A stretch of 61,967 bases of DNA, filler included, from Sphacelaria rigidula (lineage: Eukaryota), in the NCBI GenBank assembly GCA_964200075.2. It is 10 parts of 10 records of this genome, joined end to end, with 100 filler letters (N's around TTAATTAATTAA, not from the genome) between each part and the next. Parts side by side here need not be neighbours in the genome. Positions count along the whole stretch, not along the records: positions 55,862 to 61,967 come from CAXNAA020022187.1; 9 more parts are not named here. One strand, given 5' to 3'. Positions within the stretch are counted from its first letter, which is position 1. The number at the start of each line of letters is the position of its first letter. This document shows positions 58,377-61,967 of this stretch, piece by piece. Below the pieces are notes generated by a model. That model was not told the origin of the DNA. It searched no databases and saw only the letters and a list, made by a program, of their open reading frames with translations. The position numbers and the translations under genes were made by a program.

Positions 58377-61300
58377 GGTTGAAAAGTGAACGTTTCGTCG
58401 TGGGAGACAGCATAGTTGTTGAGGACTGAAACGGAGTGAACAAAAATAAAAAGGAGCAGTGTGGCAGGGTACTGTCGACAGTCGATCGACATGTAGTTCC
58501 GCGCACTCCGCACGTGCATGAGGTCTACCACCTTGTCAATCAGGTGCAGACAAAAGGAAAAAAAAACGTCGAAGGCACAAAACAAACCGTAGGTGTGTGT
58601 GTGTGTTGGAACAAATTGTAACACAAGGAAACGAAGGTTGTCACAATCAACATACAGTGACTGTCAACAGCGGAATAGCGCATTGGACAAACCTGCATGC
58701 CATGAAGGGATGTACGTATGGAACGCAGCGACCAGCAACCTCAAACCACTCAGTTCTGTGTTGAGAACATGTTGAGGTTGAGAAAAAAAACAATTGTTGG
58801 ATGCCGTATGTCCAGAGGCAATAGCAGCGCGGCTGGCGATACTTACTACAGTACCGCATAGTTCGCTGGAAACAGCCGAGCCGGGGGATCGGTCACGTAT
58901 CATCGTGCAGGTACACAGTGAAAAAATGTACAAACGAAACCGTAATACAAATATATAGTGCAGTACAAACACAGCGTATAAAGCACTAGACAGCAAAATT
59001 CTGTGTGGCACGGTAGAGTACGGTGTCGATTTCTTCGCATCCCATGAAGAAAACCCGACCCAACGCTACACCCGCGCCGTGTGCGATCATATCGAGGTTG
59101 CAATATAGATAGCTTTGTTCAAGTAGGAGAGCAGTACCACGCATGATGCAGCACGGCACCTCACCGTCCGCAAATAATGGCTCGCCGAGACCACTTGCAA
59201 TTCAAACGGCACTGTACTCTGGACAGTACGTCAATTCGGAACAACATTTAAGCGCAGGAGGTACGCGGCAATCTGAGCGGTTGGTACGCACTGTAGTGGT
59301 TGTGTCAGTGGGGAGACAATCAAACTGTAGTGTACACTGGTGCCGTGTAAAAGTAACAAGAGTACAGAGTCGAGCGCTTGTGTACAAGTAACATGAGCCT
59401 CGCGCCTCGCCGCGTTCCATCATGCTCGTGTACAGACAACAGTCTCATCCTGGTTCATCATGCCGCATCGACAATATTCGGTGCGCATGGTGGCTCAACG
59501 GTCCGTGCTTGGAAGAAAAATCGTCTGCGCAGCGGGCGGCGATTGAAATAGCCCGCAAAGTCCCTACCTGCAAGCTTGAATCGGCGTGTGTTGGGACACA
59601 TGTCGGTCGACTCGGTTGATACAGAATCGACGGACTGTGAGCAGGGGCGCTTGCGGGGGCAGGTGGTCGGGGGGGCGTTGAAAAAGCTACGGGCCCGCGA
59701 GGGGCGTATATAAACAAGGAACGTGTGAGCGCCTTCATCATCCGAGAACCGCCCGTGGGTGAAAAAAGACACAGTACATCAGATCGAGTGTGCATAGAAA
59801 CGCTATGCGTTCGCTGTGAAGTGTATAACGTCACCAGAGAGATCGCATCCGCCACAGTGAATTGGCTTGTACCGTCGATATGACCTGCAGGTTGCGGGGG
59901 ATATGTTTGTGCAGCGAAACAGGGCTTGCGTGTGCATTCATACCTGAAGCGCCTCATGGTGCGGTCGCCCTTGCCTAAAACCAACGTGGGGACTGTATGA
60001 CACATCGAACACCTGCAGCTAAGTCGAGTCGGGATGTCTGTTAAACTCCGAGTAAAAGAGAGAACAGCTGTCTAAGAAGCTAATTACCTTGGTGTATTAC
60101 ACCGCTAAATCATGCACACAAATATCAAGTGAAAACGAGGACCGAAAAATACAAGGTTTTCGAGAGAAAACCGTGAGCTGGTGTTTGGCTGTGTGTAAGC
60201 AGCGGCCGATCGAGAAAGAAAAACCGTACAGCTTGAATGAAACAAGCTACCTCTGAAGCCCCATGTGTGGTAGTATCGGCAATAACCGCAAGCAGTAATG
60301 CAGTATATGCCGAACGCAAGCAAGCCACACCCTTGTGGGGTGTGGGCAAGCGGTCTTGTCAACATTTCAGCAATCGGGTTCATGTCAATATTGAATCTTC
60401 CAGATGTCGTCATTCCAAATATTTTCCGGAAGTAATCAGAAACATTAGAAACCGAATCAAATCATTACCATTCAGACTCCTTAAGAGAATATTCCATCAA
60501 ATCTCACTTCATCTCAGTAAGTTGTTAATCCACGCCGAGCACACGGACAGATAGCACCGTGTAGGACACCTCCACCGGGTCGAGCAACCCCGTACAGCAT
60601 TTGCAAATCCTAGTACCTCTATCAGCATTACAATTCTCAAAATGGTTGTCATCTCAGGCCATTTCAGATTCGGCATTGGATTTCGGTTCCTTTGAAGCCA
60701 CTAGGGCTGGAAAGACTTCTACTGGACCTAAATAAAAAAAAGTGTCCTATCCTATCCGTCCGGGCCTCACTATGAAGCTCCGAACCACGCACTTTTGTTA
60801 CAAATAGAATAATGTTGGTCGTAGTTGTCGTTGACATTGTGTACCTCTACTGTGCAAGCCGATGTACTAGAGCGAAGCAACAATGGCATGTCGGTCATGC
60901 GAGTTACGATGCCTCGCTAGCTCATGCGATTACGACTCAAGCTTACTAAATGAATACACATTTCACCATTCCATTTGGCACACAGTTCGTTTTTACTATT
61001 TTGTCAACCTTCATGCAATCTGCTCACTGCTTGAATCAAACATCTTACAGTCTCACCGTTATTCCTGAAACAATCGTAAGCTCACAGCACGTGGGAAAGT
61101 CCAACGCAGAATGATACACGACCAACGTCACGATATCTCGATCACATGACCAGAGCGAGTCTTGACTGAACTCATCAGACTTGACTGTCGCAACTTCAAA
61201 CGAGGCACGTTTGGAGGGTGGAGGCATCACACGCAGCAACCGGCTCTCCGAATCACTTTAAACACCCTCAAGACGGTCCAGCTTCATTGCTGATTTCTTC

Positions 61301-61967
61301 GTTGGCTTCGCTGGTACTTACCGACGCCGTCCGTAGCTGAAGTGGAGGGGGTGTTAAAGTACGTGATCAACGTTCACCCCCCTACACCGACCCGATCATT
61401 CTGAGGGCATCTCATCAACGAGCTATCGGCCATCAGACACGCGATTGATCTGAACTAATCTCGGTTTACATGTCGACAAGCGGCGAGCGTGCCGGTTCCC
61501 CTCATCGAATAGTACAAGGGCAATAGAGACGTTCACTCTTCGCTACCTACCCTACTACGAGCGAACTCAAATCGGGTTGTCACGCCGTAGCGTTTTGCCC
61601 GGAGAGCGGATAGATTGGGTAACAAGTATGAAGGGACCAGAAAACCGGCAAGAAGTTGAGCCTGGCTGTAGTCGAAATCCGCAAGGAGTTTACATCTACT
61701 ATGGTCATCGCTGTCTGTGTTGGTCTCTCTCCTGTCTCCACACGTGGACAAATAGCACCCTGTGGGGCACGTCTACAGGGTTCAGGGTAACTGTGCAGTG
61801 TTTCTCGCGGGGATCTGGCTATAGTTGTTATTTTTGCGCCCCACAAGACGATTCACAGGGTTCAGGGAAACTGTGTAGGGTTCCTGGCGGGGTTTTGACT
61901 GTACGAGCTGGGCAAGCCTAAAAACGGATTTAAGCTCTAAAAGCAATATCTCATCGACACAGACGAG

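Noticed and set aside
60330..60560. Possible hAT transposase remnant (DLMEYSLKESEW**FDSVSNVSDYFRKIF, minus strand)
   Set aside because: Only one short, weak motif interrupted by stops; insufficient without a profile search.
1..61967. Sec1 + OSCA + TPR + nucleoside hydrolase + Cu-ATPase as a gene cluster or system
   Set aside because: Each gene lies on a separate contig ordered only by length, so adjacency is artificial.

Overview
This is not one locus. It is ten size-sorted contigs of about 6.1 kb (1-6107, 6208-12314, ~12415-18521, 18622-24728, 24829-30935, 31036-37142, 37243-43349, 43450-49555, 49656-55761, 55862-61967) joined by artificial 100-nt N44-TTAATTAATTAA-N44 linkers. The DNA is eukaryotic, with short GT-AG exons in long repeat-filled introns, TTAGGG repeats and Ala/Gly-rich exons. 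A brown alga or related stramenopile is my inference, not a database result. I spliced five partial genes by hand with consistent intron phases: a Sec1/Munc18 protein (3 exons), an OSCA/CSC1/TMEM63-type channel (2), a PP5-like TPR protein (5-6), an IAG-type nucleoside hydrolase (3) and a P1B heavy-metal ATPase HMA exon (1). Most six-frame ORFs are spurious. The rest is a dense mobile-element landscape: nested hAT-type MITEs with 8-bp TSDs, two tRNA-headed SINE families, palindromic MITEs, foldback arrays and degenerate ORF remnants. The most unusual signals are (i) seven 5'-truncated copies of a LINE-like ORF2 C-terminus that all end in a poly(C) tail instead of poly(A), and (ii) three copies of a ~220-260-bp dispersed repeat that ends in telomere-like GGGTTA repeats. 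No CRISPR array, rRNA or intact tRNA gene was found.
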